Shown piece by piece: positions 1 through 9,118 of a stretch of DNA of 64,000 nucleotides. The position numbers and the translations under genes are program-made. Position 1 is the first letter of the stretch. Every line of letters starts with the position of its first letter. The notes beneath the pieces were generated by a model. The model ran no database searches. It saw nothing but the letters and a program-made list of their open reading frames with translations, and was not told the origin of the DNA. Source of the DNA: an uncultured Gammaproteobacteria bacterium. Lineage in GTDB: Bacteria > Patescibacteriota > Microgenomatia > UBA8517. The stretch spans positions 17,211 through 81,210 of the forward strand of contig CAYISM010000001.1 in the NCBI GenBank assembly GCA_964366085.1. Reading direction: 5' to 3'.

Positions 1-654
1 TAACTGTTTAACCGAGTATTTTTGCCGAAGAACAACAATCAAATAAATCGGAGCGAAGATGAGAAGTGAAGCTTTTATATAAAGTGACAAAGCAAAAACG
101 ACAAGTGACAAGGTTAACTTTTTTTGTAACAAAAAATAAAATGCTAGCAGTGAGAAAAAATTAACAATCGCATCGGTTTGCCCCCAAACTGCGGAGTTAT
201 ACCAAATGACTGGATTAACTAAAAAAATAGTTGCACCCAAGATACCAAGTTTCTCATCTTTATGGCTTTTAAGAAGTTTATATATTATGTAGGCAATCCC
301 CAAATCAGATAGAATTGAAGGAAGTTTTAAAAGCGCAGGATAAAGGTTGCTTTCAAAAAAGGTGATTATTCCCGAGGGAAATAACGGAATTTTTATATTA
401 ATCCACCAGAAAACTGAAAAAACAAATTCAAAAAGTTTTTCGATTCCGGCAAAAATATAAATTGTCCCCGGAGGCTGGTTGGGCCAGGTAAAGTTCCAAA
501 CATTCGTTGATGGAGCGAAGAATTTTTGAGGACCATATTGCCAGAACCTTATCCCCCAATCGATATGATTATTTATATCAGGGTGCCAAATAATAAAAGA
601 AATAACGAACCTGAATATAAGTGCCAAAAGCAATATTTTTATGATCTTTTTCAC
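1..654 (-). CDS. Polytopic membrane glycosyltransferase-like protein (GT-C superfamily), N-terminal 218 aa only; the gene runs off the window edge. GTG start at 652-654, immediately after the stop of the upstream gene.
   Basis: Manual translation of the minus strand is open from 654 to position 1. It has multiple TM helices. The motif NPVIWYNSAVWGQTDAIVNFFSLLAFYFL is paralogous to NPAVIYLSSSWGQIESLVGFFALASFLAL in the ORF at 4771-6051. Confidence 0.5.
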   Translation of the reverse strand, partial: MKKIIKILLLALIFRFVISFIIWHPDINNHIDWGIRFWQYGPQKFFAPSTNVWNFTWPNQPPGTIYIFAGIEKLFEFVFSVFWWINIKIPLFPSGIITFFESNLYPALLKLPSILSDLGIAYIIYKLLKSHKDEKLGILGATIFLVNPVIWYNSAVWGQTDAIVNFFSLLAFYFLLQKKLTLSLVVFALSLYIKASLLIFAPIYLIVVLRQKYSVKQL

Positions 655-2358
655 TTATTTTTTGGTAAAAAGGTAAAAGGCGGGTTCACCTGAAGGGTAG
701 GCAATCGCCTTAATGAGTTTTAAATTACCTGGTGTTCTTTCCGGTTCCATAATTAAATTGATTTTTACTTCCTTCTCGCTGGCTAAATAAAGCGTTTTTT
801 TATCAAGAACCTGACCCCAATCATAGAGTCCTCCTTTGGGTATTCCAAAATAGAATTTATCTATATGAGAAACCCTTCCAAATCCGGCTAAATCAACATC
901 GTTACCTATCGGAAATTCCTTCTGCCATTTGTCAGGTGAATATTCGTACCAAGCCGCAAAAAAAATCCAAGGTGGCTCGCTTGCGGTGGAGATGACAATT
1001 TTGTCATAGTCTTTATCTATTGCTTTAATCGAGGCAATCCCATCCCTAAATCCGGTGTGCCACCATCTTTCCGATTCCCAAGGATAATGTGCCCAATATT
1101 GATGCTGATATAAACCGAAACTGATTAAATATGCCATCAAATAACCTACGGCAAAAAGTTTTCCAGATCTACCTTTTAAAAGGTTGTAAGTCTCTAGTAC
1201 TCCGTAAGAAATTAAAAAAACTAAGGGAGGCAAAATTAAAATCAGACGAGTTGCGTGCCTTCCACCTTCTCTTGTTATTGCCGCAGGAATAACCCCGGCC
1301 AAAATCCAGAATATAATCAACCATTTCGTTTTTGCATCCTTGTAACGGCTGAAAAATAAAATTAAACCAAGAATGAGGGCAAGGGATTCTACTTTGTAAA
1401 ACTCACCTATACCTATCGAGTGGCGAAGGTTTAAATCTCCCTTTATAAAAAGGAAGTCTGTTGAAAAAGCTTGAAAATAGTTTTTAACTACTGCCTCTCC
1501 CCAAAAAGTAAACTTATTATGAATTATTCTATCTATTAATGTTGGTTTTAATCCCGTACCAGTTTCACCTCTAGTCCTTGCGTCATTCTGCCTTGCGGAA
1601 CCGACCTCTGACTCAGTCGTGGGATCGGTAAAAACACTTATATAACCAAATCTTTGAGCTCCGCCGCCAAGAAAAGTGCTTACGGCTATCGGACTACCGA
1701 CCACGGCCAAAGCAATAACTGCGTAAATTAAATATTTCTTGGAAAGGGAAAAAATTTCTTTTCGGTAGACAACAAACAAGAAAATTAATAAAAGCGGTGT
1801 AAAGAGCTTGGCGGTACTGTAAACCCAGGGAGTCAAGGCAAAACATACAGCCGAGACCCACATTAATTTTCCATTATTTTTAGTACTTTTAAAGAAAAAG
1901 TATAAGCCTGCAAGCAAGAAAAACAATAGTTCAGTTACTTCAAACCCGGCACGGCTATATTGAATGTGCCACGGTGAAAGGGCCAAAACACCTGCAGATA
2001 TTAATGCCAGTGATTTATTATTTGTTAATTCGCTGATTAATAAATAAAAAACAAAAATTCCAAGAATTCCAAAAATTGCGGCCGGGAGTCTCACGCCCAA
2101 AGGGGTTATACCAAAAATGGCAACGGTTGGAACCGCAGAATAAAGGTAAAGTGGCGTTCTCCATTCAGCCAAAGAATGAAAATGTATAGGTAAAAAATTA
2201 CCAGAATAATCTTTACCGGTCTTTAGGATTGAGTAGGCGTGATACCCAACGTCTAATTCGTCGCCAAAAAGGGAAACTGGTACTTTATCTAAACCCCAAA
2301 GCCGAAGTAGCGAAGCAAGAACAATAATTCCAACTAAAATAAGTTTTTTATACTTCAC
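655..2358 (-). CDS. ArnT/PMT_2-like GT-C membrane glycosyltransferase (GT39/GT83-like)
   Basis: 567 aa. N-terminal TM helix followed by a first-loop DE motif (FGDELDVGYHAYSILKTGKDYSG), about 11 predicted TMs, and a C-terminal soluble domain typical of lipid-linked-sugar-dependent GT-C enzymes. Confidence 0.65.
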   Translation of the reverse strand: MKYKKLILVGIIVLASLLRLWGLDKVPVSLFGDELDVGYHAYSILKTGKDYSGNFLPIHFHSLAEWRTPLYLYSAVPTVAIFGITPLGVRLPAAIFGILGIFVFYLLISELTNNKSLALISAGVLALSPWHIQYSRAGFEVTELLFFLLAGLYFFFKSTKNNGKLMWVSAVCFALTPWVYSTAKLFTPLLLIFLFVVYRKEIFSLSKKYLIYAVIALAVVGSPIAVSTFLGGGAQRFGYISVFTDPTTESEVGSARQNDARTRGETGTGLKPTLIDRIIHNKFTFWGEAVVKNYFQAFSTDFLFIKGDLNLRHSIGIGEFYKVESLALILGLILFFSRYKDAKTKWLIIFWILAGVIPAAITREGGRHATRLILILPPLVFLISYGVLETYNLLKGRSGKLFAVGYLMAYLISFGLYQHQYWAHYPWESERWWHTGFRDGIASIKAIDKDYDKIVISTASEPPWIFFAAWYEYSPDKWQKEFPIGNDVDLAGFGRVSHIDKFYFGIPKGGLYDWGQVLDKKTLYLASEKEVKINLIMEPERTPGNLKLIKAIAYPSGEPAFYLFTKK

Positions 2359-2373
2359 GTCTAAATTGTAACA

Positions 2374-3942
2374 TCAATCACGATAAAAAATATAAAAACT
2401 TTCGTTGCCGTCCGGTTCCCGGATGGTTTCGATTTTTTCAAAAAACCCATATTTGTCTCGTTTCCCCAAAACATGATCTGATCTAACCATCACCAAACTT
2501 TTTGCAGGAAATTTTGAAAAGTCTTCGGTGTTGAAGTCATAGGACCTTTGTGATAAGAAATTCGTTCTAAACTTTATCTGATAAAACTGAGAATAAAGAT
2601 CAATAAATGGAATATCGCTATCTAGGTAAACAGCCTTAACTTCCCGAACTTTGGTACTTTTTATTGCTGATTCAAAAGCCCCACCGATATCGTAATTAAA
2701 CCATGAATAGCTTCGACTGCGGTAAGAAGTAAAATAATCGGAGAGGAAGAGCCCGAACTGTAAGAAGGAAATAATCAAAATTCCATAAAAAAATGACCTT
2801 AACAATTGTTCCTTAGACTTAAGAATAAAATTAACCCCATACATTGAAAGAAGGATTGCAAAAGGAATTACAATAAGTCCTCGAGAAATTCTTTCTGGAT
2901 CGTTAACAATTGCCGGAGCAATTGGATAGGTCAAAAATCCAAAAAGAACTAATTTAGAAAACCTTTCCTTTTTATTAAAAACGGAGTAAAGAACACCAAA
3001 AGCTATTAAAAATGAAACTGGAAAAAGAAAGGTCCCAGCCTTACCGGTTGAATGAATTAGGCTCCTGTCCCCCGAAACAAATAAAATCTTTGGTCCCAAA
3101 TAGGTAAAATAATTAGAAACAAAACTTCCCAGTCTTTTAAAGTTAAATACGCCGAGATATCCTTTGGCTACATCAATCGTCGTATCAATAGAACTTATAT
3201 AACTCACTTGATTGAAAAGTGTGTCCGGGTGCTTAGTGATCCAGGGAATAAATAGAATAATTGGGATCAAAAACCCAATGACGAAGACCACAAAGTTAAT
3301 TTTTTTAGACCATAATTTTTTAAAGAGAAAAATAATGCTTGCAACAAAATATATCGGCATCATAATCTTTGCGGCGTGATAACTGTGTATTCCCATTCCT
3401 AACGTTATTCCCGAAAGAAAAATGTCAATTTTACTGTTACTATTTACAAACTTTCTTAAAAAAAATAACCAAAGAAGAACAAATAGGATCGGGTAAATAT
3501 TATCGAGAAGTAGTCGTGAGTTAATAAAAAGTACAGGAGTGGTTGCGAATAAGATTCCAGAAAGAAGAGCAAGTTTTTGACTATTAAAAATCTTCTTAAC
3601 TAAGAACATAACAAGAATTGTGCTCACGATTGCAATAAGTACAGAAGGGATCCGGATAGAAACTTCGCCAAGAGGCAAAAACTTAAGAATTAAGGCAGTT
3701 AAATAAACAACCACAGGTGTTGCCCAGAAGTTGCCTAGATGCCAAAAATAAAAAGGCAAAAAAATTCCGTAATAATCGTGTCCGGTTTTTGCGATCGAAT
3801 ATCCATTCAGAGAGAACATTAATTCATCCTGGTTCAGATGAACAGGAATTTTATCCAATTTGAACAAATAAAGTATACTAAAAAATAAAATTACCAGAAG
3901 ATACGGGATGATCCTTAATTTTTCTTCAAAATTTTTATCCAT
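2374..3942 (-). CDS. ArnT/PMT_2-like GT-C membrane glycosyltransferase, paralog of 655-2358
   Basis: First-loop motif NQDELMFSLNGYSIAKTGHDYYGIFLP matches the neighbouring gene. Polytopic. The likely start is the internal Met (MDKNFEEK); the longer ORF extends to 3990. Confidence 0.6.
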   Translation of the reverse strand: MDKNFEEKLRIIPYLLVILFFSILYLFKLDKIPVHLNQDELMFSLNGYSIAKTGHDYYGIFLPFYFWHLGNFWATPVVVYLTALILKFLPLGEVSIRIPSVLIAIVSTILVMFLVKKIFNSQKLALLSGILFATTPVLFINSRLLLDNIYPILFVLLWLFFLRKFVNSNSKIDIFLSGITLGMGIHSYHAAKIMMPIYFVASIIFLFKKLWSKKINFVVFVIGFLIPIILFIPWITKHPDTLFNQVSYISSIDTTIDVAKGYLGVFNFKRLGSFVSNYFTYLGPKILFVSGDRSLIHSTGKAGTFLFPVSFLIAFGVLYSVFNKKERFSKLVLFGFLTYPIAPAIVNDPERISRGLIVIPFAILLSMYGVNFILKSKEQLLRSFFYGILIISFLQFGLFLSDYFTSYRSRSYSWFNYDIGGAFESAIKSTKVREVKAVYLDSDIPFIDLYSQFYQIKFRTNFLSQRSYDFNTEDFSKFPAKSLVMVRSDHVLGKRDKYGFFEKIETIREPDGNESFYIFYRD

Positions 3943-4784
3943 TTTTGTCCAGATCTGATGATGAAGGCGATTACTAGCTGCTTTAACCAACCGTTATACC
4001 AAATGCCGGCTTCGGTTCGGTACCTCTGCGCCGATGGTAAAGTGTTGGGAATGTTTAAAAGTTTACGAAGTGGATAGATAAGAATTTCTAAAAAATTTCT
4101 GTATTTATCGGATGAGGTTTGCTGAGCGCTTTTACCATGGCTGTGGAGAATAATCAGGCCGGGGTGGTAAACAATTTTTAGCCCTGCTTGCCTGACCCGA
4201 CGGTTGAAATCCATGTCTTCGAAATACATAAACACTTCTTCGGTAAAAAGGCCCACTGTATCCAAGGTGCTCTTTGGAAAAAACATGCAAGCTCCTGAGA
4301 CAGAATTAACTTCAAGTGGATGGGTGGTAGAAGGGGTATATTTGTCGATAAAGTTTCCTTGGTTCAGCCAGTATTGGCGGATGGCTCCGATAATGCTTGC
4401 CTCCGGAAAGACCGAGCCTTGGGGAGTTCCGTCGGTATTGACAAATTTTGGCCCCATTACCCCGACATTAGGGTGGAGTTTAATAAATTGAACTGCTTCG
4501 GCAAAAAAATCGGGGGGGATTACGGTATCCGGATTTAAAATCAAAATAAATTCTCCTGTCGCTTTCTGCAAGCCTTGATTCCAAGCCCGGGGTAAACCGA
4601 TGTTTGAGTTGTGTTGGATGAAAATAATGCGCTTGTCTTTAGGAATAGACGGTTCTGAATTTGATGCATTGTCGATAAGAATAAGTTCCAGATTGAAATA
4701 TCCGGTACTAAGAACAGATTTGACACAGCGGGCAAAGGATTTGGCTACATTCCAGTTGACGATTATGACGCTAATTTTTTCCAT
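3915..4784 (-). CDS. GT2 family glycosyltransferase
   Basis: VIIVNWN...LILIDNAS, a GT-A fold with an N-terminal DxD-type signature. Confidence 0.8.
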   Translation of the reverse strand: MEKISVIIVNWNVAKSFARCVKSVLSTGYFNLELILIDNASNSEPSIPKDKRIIFIQHNSNIGLPRAWNQGLQKATGEFILILNPDTVIPPDFFAEAVQFIKLHPNVGVMGPKFVNTDGTPQGSVFPEASIIGAIRQYWLNQGNFIDKYTPSTTHPLEVNSVSGACMFFPKSTLDTVGLFTEEVFMYFEDMDFNRRVRQAGLKIVYHPGLIILHSHGKSAQQTSSDKYRNFLEILIYPLRKLLNIPNTLPSAQRYRTEAGIWYNGWLKQLVIAFIIRSGQKWIKILKKN

Positions 4785-6051
4785 AGTTTAAATACTCTTT
4801 GAGCATAGCAAAAAAACAAAAGACTACCAAAAAGGATAAAGTTCTTTCCACAAAATCCAAACTTAGCAAATTCACCAAAAACTCAATTCTCGGAAACCAC
4901 CACCAATGATAGAGATTTAATAGATAAAGGCCGCTTAATAAGTAGAAATATTTTCTGAGTTTAGGAATGTAGAATAACAGAAGCGGAAAGAATACAAATA
5001 TTGGGAAGAGATATCTTTCATGCATTCTGGGCAAAAATAGGAAGGCTGAAAGAGATATTAGGATTAGAGTAAAAAAGATATTTTTTCTTCTCCCAACATG
5101 AAGACTGAAAATGTAAAGGTAAAAAGGTAGAAACAGTATCCAACCCCACGCATAAAGCGGGACTCTTAAGAACATCGTTTTGTCAGAGATTCGATGTAAA
5201 CCCAGCAAAAAACCCCAAAAATTAAAACCGTTGAGATTTATAAAATGCAAATTTCCGGGTCCAAACATAAACTTTTTCCAATAATTTCTAATAGTCCAAA
5301 TAAAGTAATTGTGATCGGTAAATAGTGTCCCAAAAATTATCAAAACGAATATAACGACTGTAGTAGCAATAAGAATTTGTTTAAATTTCGGTTTGGTTTT
5401 AAAAAATTCAAAAAAATAAATTGGAAGCAAGGGTAACATTGTAGCTTTGGTCATTAGAGAAAACACCATAGAAATGGTTGATTTTAGATATTTTCTAGAG
5501 ATCAACGCCAGAAAACTGGCCAAAGCAAAAAAACCAACCAACGATTCTATCTGTCCCCAGGAAGAAGATAAGTAAATTACCGCCGGATTAAACAGATAAA
5601 ACGATGCTGCTACCTTTCCTCCGAACTCGCTTCTTCTCTTCACGAATTTGTAAATTAGATATCCAATTGCCAAGTCTGCGATGATTCCGGGTATTTTATA
5701 AAGAGAAAGTTGCCCCTCGCTTTCGAACCAGGGTATAAATTTAGATGGAAAGTAGGCAAAGGAGATGTTCAACCACCAAAAAAATCCAAACAACCAACTC
5801 CAGATTGTACGAACGAACAAAAACAAAATGGTTGATAAGGGAGGATATTCTGGTAAAGCGTAGTTTCCGAAGTTCAGCCAATCGTAGTATCCTTTCAGTC
5901 CGAATTCTTGAGCATATCTTCCCCAAATCAGATTCGTATTAAGGTCTGAATGGAATGAAAGGGGTACCAAAACTATTCTTATAATAACTGCTATAAGCAG
6001 TAACTTTGGAAATGATATTTTTTTAACTAAATTTAGCAAATATAGCTTCAT
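4771..6051 (-). CDS. Polytopic membrane glycosyltransferase-like protein (GT-C superfamily), paralog of the partial gene at 1-654
   Basis: 426 aa, more than 10 TMs, with a conserved NPAVIYLSSSWGQIESLVGFFAL segment. Confidence 0.5.
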   Translation of the reverse strand: MKLYLLNLVKKISFPKLLLIAVIIRIVLVPLSFHSDLNTNLIWGRYAQEFGLKGYYDWLNFGNYALPEYPPLSTILFLFVRTIWSWLFGFFWWLNISFAYFPSKFIPWFESEGQLSLYKIPGIIADLAIGYLIYKFVKRRSEFGGKVAASFYLFNPAVIYLSSSWGQIESLVGFFALASFLALISRKYLKSTISMVFSLMTKATMLPLLPIYFFEFFKTKPKFKQILIATTVVIFVLIIFGTLFTDHNYFIWTIRNYWKKFMFGPGNLHFINLNGFNFWGFLLGLHRISDKTMFLRVPLYAWGWILFLPFYLYIFSLHVGRRKNIFFTLILISLSAFLFLPRMHERYLFPIFVFFPLLLFYIPKLRKYFYLLSGLYLLNLYHWWWFPRIEFLVNLLSLDFVERTLSFLVVFCFFAMLKEYLNYGKN

Positions 6052-6913
6052 CTGAAAGAAATCCTTCTCTTTTCTCTTTTTTTCTGGCGATAAGTACCTC
6101 TTTTATTTTTGTAAGCGCCATCAAAACTACAATCAAGTATCCGGGGTTTTTAAGTATTCTTTTTATAAGACCATTCATATGCTTTTGGGAAAGCGCGTTG
6201 CTTGTCAAATTTTTCCAAATAAAGAGAAGTTGGTTCCTCTCCATGATTCTTTGTGTAGATTTTCCGGGAAGTTTGGAAATAGTGGCTTCATGTATGTGTG
6301 TAACTATTGCTTTTGGTTCCCAGAGTAACAACCATCCCCTTTTTGCTGCTCTATAACAAAGATCGATGTCCTCCCAGTAAAAAGGTGACAGCAGTTTTTC
6401 ATCCATTCCACCCAATTTTAACCAGTGTAATTTTCTAAAGACTCCGCTTCCTCCGTTTACCCAAAAAGTGTTATGAATTTTGTTATCTTCCGGGCCTGGT
6501 TCATGAACTATAAAACCATCTTTAAAAATTCCCCTTGCCCAACCATAACTTTTTTCATGTAATGAGACTGCAAATACGTTCTTGTTTTCAAAATGCGGAA
6601 GCACGGTTACCAGAAAATCTTCTCCGGGGATAACGTCAGTATTTAATAGAGCAATAAGTTCGCCCTTCGCGCTTCTTACTCCCGTATTCACCGAAGAAGA
6701 AAAACCTTTATTTATTTTATGTTTAATTAACTTTATCTCGGGAAATTTTGTTTTTAATATCTGAACACTTTGATCACTAGAATAATCGTCAACCACAATA
6801 ATTTCAGAGATGTGATTTTCCTCGTTGGTTTTTGCATGGAGTACAAAAGGAAGATTTTCTTCCAAAAGCTTCTCTCCGTTGAAATTGGGTATAACAACTG
6901 AAACTTTTATCAT
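6023..6913 (-). CDS. GT2 family glycosyltransferase
   Basis: VSVVIPNFNGEKLL...IIVVDDYSSDQS, GT-A fold. Confidence 0.8.
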   Translation of the reverse strand: MIKVSVVIPNFNGEKLLEENLPFVLHAKTNEENHISEIIVVDDYSSDQSVQILKTKFPEIKLIKHKINKGFSSSVNTGVRSAKGELIALLNTDVIPGEDFLVTVLPHFENKNVFAVSLHEKSYGWARGIFKDGFIVHEPGPEDNKIHNTFWVNGGSGVFRKLHWLKLGGMDEKLLSPFYWEDIDLCYRAAKRGWLLLWEPKAIVTHIHEATISKLPGKSTQRIMERNQLLFIWKNLTSNALSQKHMNGLIKRILKNPGYLIVVLMALTKIKEVLIARKKEKREGFLSDEAIFAKFS

Positions 6914-7564
6914 TTAAGCTTTTCTAACTTTTACCAAATGAAGCATGTCTAAAATAAATTTTTTATTTTCTTCTATTTTAAAACCTACCCCCCTTGATAT
7001 TTTTACAAGATAATCATTTCGATAAGTTTGAATGTGAGTGTCCTGCCATATTTTCCCCCTCGACTTTGTCCAAAAAAACCAAATTATCTTAAAAAGAATA
7101 CTGTCCGAAGGAACTAAAAATACTGCATACCCTCCTTTTTTCAAAACTCTTTTTATTTCTCCAAGTACTTTTTGGGGGTTTTTTACGTGTTCCAAAACTT
7201 CAAGGGCTACAACTGCATCGAATGTATTTGATTTGAAGTCTAATTTATGAGCATCTCCAAGTTGGAATTTAAGTTTTTTACTGTTCCAATGTTTATTCGC
7301 CCAATCAACAGATTTTTTTAAAACATCTATCCCAATAATTTTTTTTGTTTTTGATTTTTGTAAGATTACATTCGTGAATGTTCCATCAGCACTTCCTATA
7401 TCTAAAATTGTTCCCTCACTGCTCTCTTCAATCATCTTGGAAACTTCCTCAAATCGCCTCTTATGCCAATATCTTTGAAGGATATTTTCTTTTATGGATC
7501 GGTAGTACCAATCAGGTGGGACATTCCCGTGAAGATGAGCCGCAAATTTTAGATCATTATCCAT
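6914..7564 (-). CDS. Class I SAM-dependent methyltransferase
   Basis: Motif I ILDIGSADGTF, motif II-like DAVVALEVLEHV; stop/start abuts the upstream GT2 gene. Confidence 0.8.
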   Translation of the reverse strand: MDNDLKFAAHLHGNVPPDWYYRSIKENILQRYWHKRRFEEVSKMIEESSEGTILDIGSADGTFTNVILQKSKTKKIIGIDVLKKSVDWANKHWNSKKLKFQLGDAHKLDFKSNTFDAVVALEVLEHVKNPQKVLGEIKRVLKKGGYAVFLVPSDSILFKIIWFFWTKSRGKIWQDTHIQTYRNDYLVKISRGVGFKIEENKKFILDMLHLVKVRKA

Positions 7565-9118
7565 TTATTTTTTAATGTCCTTTCGTAACCTCTCTTCAAT
7601 TTTTATATCACCGAAGTACCTCTCGGAAACCAATCCGGAATATGAATTCTCCTCACCTACTGTCTCGTCCAAATAACGAAGTGGAATCCCAGCCAAAGGC
7701 TCAATTACTAAAAAGTATTGCTTTGTATCCTTGTCCGTTTTCGGCAGACTATCCAACTGCCCGACTTGGTCTTTTCCATGCCACTCTGGTATATAACCAT
7801 ACTTAGGCTGGCCATACCATTTGTAAAGATAAGTCCAAACGATATTGATCCAAAGAGGCGAAGTTAAGGAATTAATACTAAAAGGTCTTCCCTTGGCCTC
7901 ATTGTAAGTATAATCTATGACTGATAACTGTTTTTTCAGAATCATATCTTTCTGTATCGCAAAAATAGTGGATCCTTTCGGATTTTCCTTAAATATCATA
8001 AGAATATTCCCCAAAACAATTACCCAAAAAACCACTAAGGCAATCGCTTTCCCCCCACTGCTTGCCAAATTGTAAATAAATATTCCTAAAATAATTGAAA
8101 CCGCAGGCCCAATTCCTACTAAGAGAAAGGGTGTACTGGTTCCTCCAACAGATACCACGGTAATATGACTTAAAAGCCATGAGACAATAAAAGGCTGCCA
8201 CCCCACCTCGCCCTCCCGGCTTCGAGAGGCAAGTGCACCACTTCTCCACTCAACAATCGCCATAATAATCAATATAAGTACAAAAACTCCTCCGTAACCT
8301 ACGTTTCCGGGATAACTCGAATAGGCAAAAACTCGTCCTATCTGGTTAATAAAAAGTAGTAAAAAATCCCCAAGCCCTTTTGAAGCAACAATACTATCTT
8401 GTGTAGTTAGCAGGGACAAAACACCTCCGATACCTTTAAAACCAAATTTTATTTCGGATATTAAAATTGTCGAAATCGAAAGCAAAAAAAATATTCCGAA
8501 CTTTATTAGGCTTTTTTTATCAATATTTTTTCTGGCAAACCACAGCCATAAAACCAGCGGTACCGCGTGGTAAAGAAGAAATATTTCCGCTTGAATACTT
8601 AAACCCAATCCGATAGCCGCAACAATTGGGCCCCAACTCTTTTTCTCTTTAATCCAGACCCACAGTCCGAGATAGAATAGCGGCACAGTCCAAACACCGA
8701 TAGTGGGATTTGAAAGCCAAGTGGCATATTGTGTTGCCTCAAAAGAAATTGCGAAAAGTATTGCGGCAACAAGTCCGGCCTTTTGACTTTTTGTAAAAAG
8801 ATAGGACAGATAAAAAACTATAAAAACCGTCAAGGCATTTAACAAAGCTATCCAATAAGCCGCGACAATCGGACTTCCATGCCCTAAATAGTAAGCGGGT
8901 GCGAGTAGGTAGTAATAAAAAACTCCATGATATAAGCCCGGTGTGGAAGCAGGTGGACCTAAAACTTTAAGATCTCCTTTTAAGATTTCTTGACTAACAT
9001 ATGCATCCCTCGCCTGATCGTATCCGAAAGTCAAAGAGAGATTCTTTAAAAAAATCACCCTTAAAAAGAAGGCTAAAACAAAAACAAGAAGTAGGGCCAC
9101 CAAAACAGTTTTTTTCAT
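7565..9118 (-). CDS. GT-C-type polytopic membrane glycosyltransferase (ArnT/PMT_2-like); member of a three-gene paralog set with 24488-26038 and 26585-28198
   Basis: N-terminal TM, then FGYDQARDAYVSQEIL, then a Y-rich YHGVFYYYLLAPAYYLG loop. The same architecture is found in the other two paralogs. Confidence 0.55.
   Translation of the reverse strand: MKKTVLVALLLVFVLAFFLRVIFLKNLSLTFGYDQARDAYVSQEILKGDLKVLGPPASTPGLYHGVFYYYLLAPAYYLGHGSPIVAAYWIALLNALTVFIVFYLSYLFTKSQKAGLVAAILFAISFEATQYATWLSNPTIGVWTVPLFYLGLWVWIKEKKSWGPIVAAIGLGLSIQAEIFLLYHAVPLVLWLWFARKNIDKKSLIKFGIFFLLSISTILISEIKFGFKGIGGVLSLLTTQDSIVASKGLGDFLLLFINQIGRVFAYSSYPGNVGYGGVFVLILIIMAIVEWRSGALASRSREGEVGWQPFIVSWLLSHITVVSVGGTSTPFLLVGIGPAVSIILGIFIYNLASSGGKAIALVVFWVIVLGNILMIFKENPKGSTIFAIQKDMILKKQLSVIDYTYNEAKGRPFSINSLTSPLWINIVWTYLYKWYGQPKYGYIPEWHGKDQVGQLDSLPKTDKDTKQYFLVIEPLAGIPLRYLDETVGEENSYSGLVSERYFGDIKIEERLRKDIKK

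Noticed and set aside
4204-4791. Several 60-95 aa plus-strand ORFs (4204-4491, 4320-4538, 4600-4791), and many similar short ORFs throughout the track that run antisense to large genes
   Set aside because: They lie entirely inside, and antisense to, well-supported long CDSs. They have no motifs and show the composition of the reverse strand of coding sequence, so they are treated as spurious.
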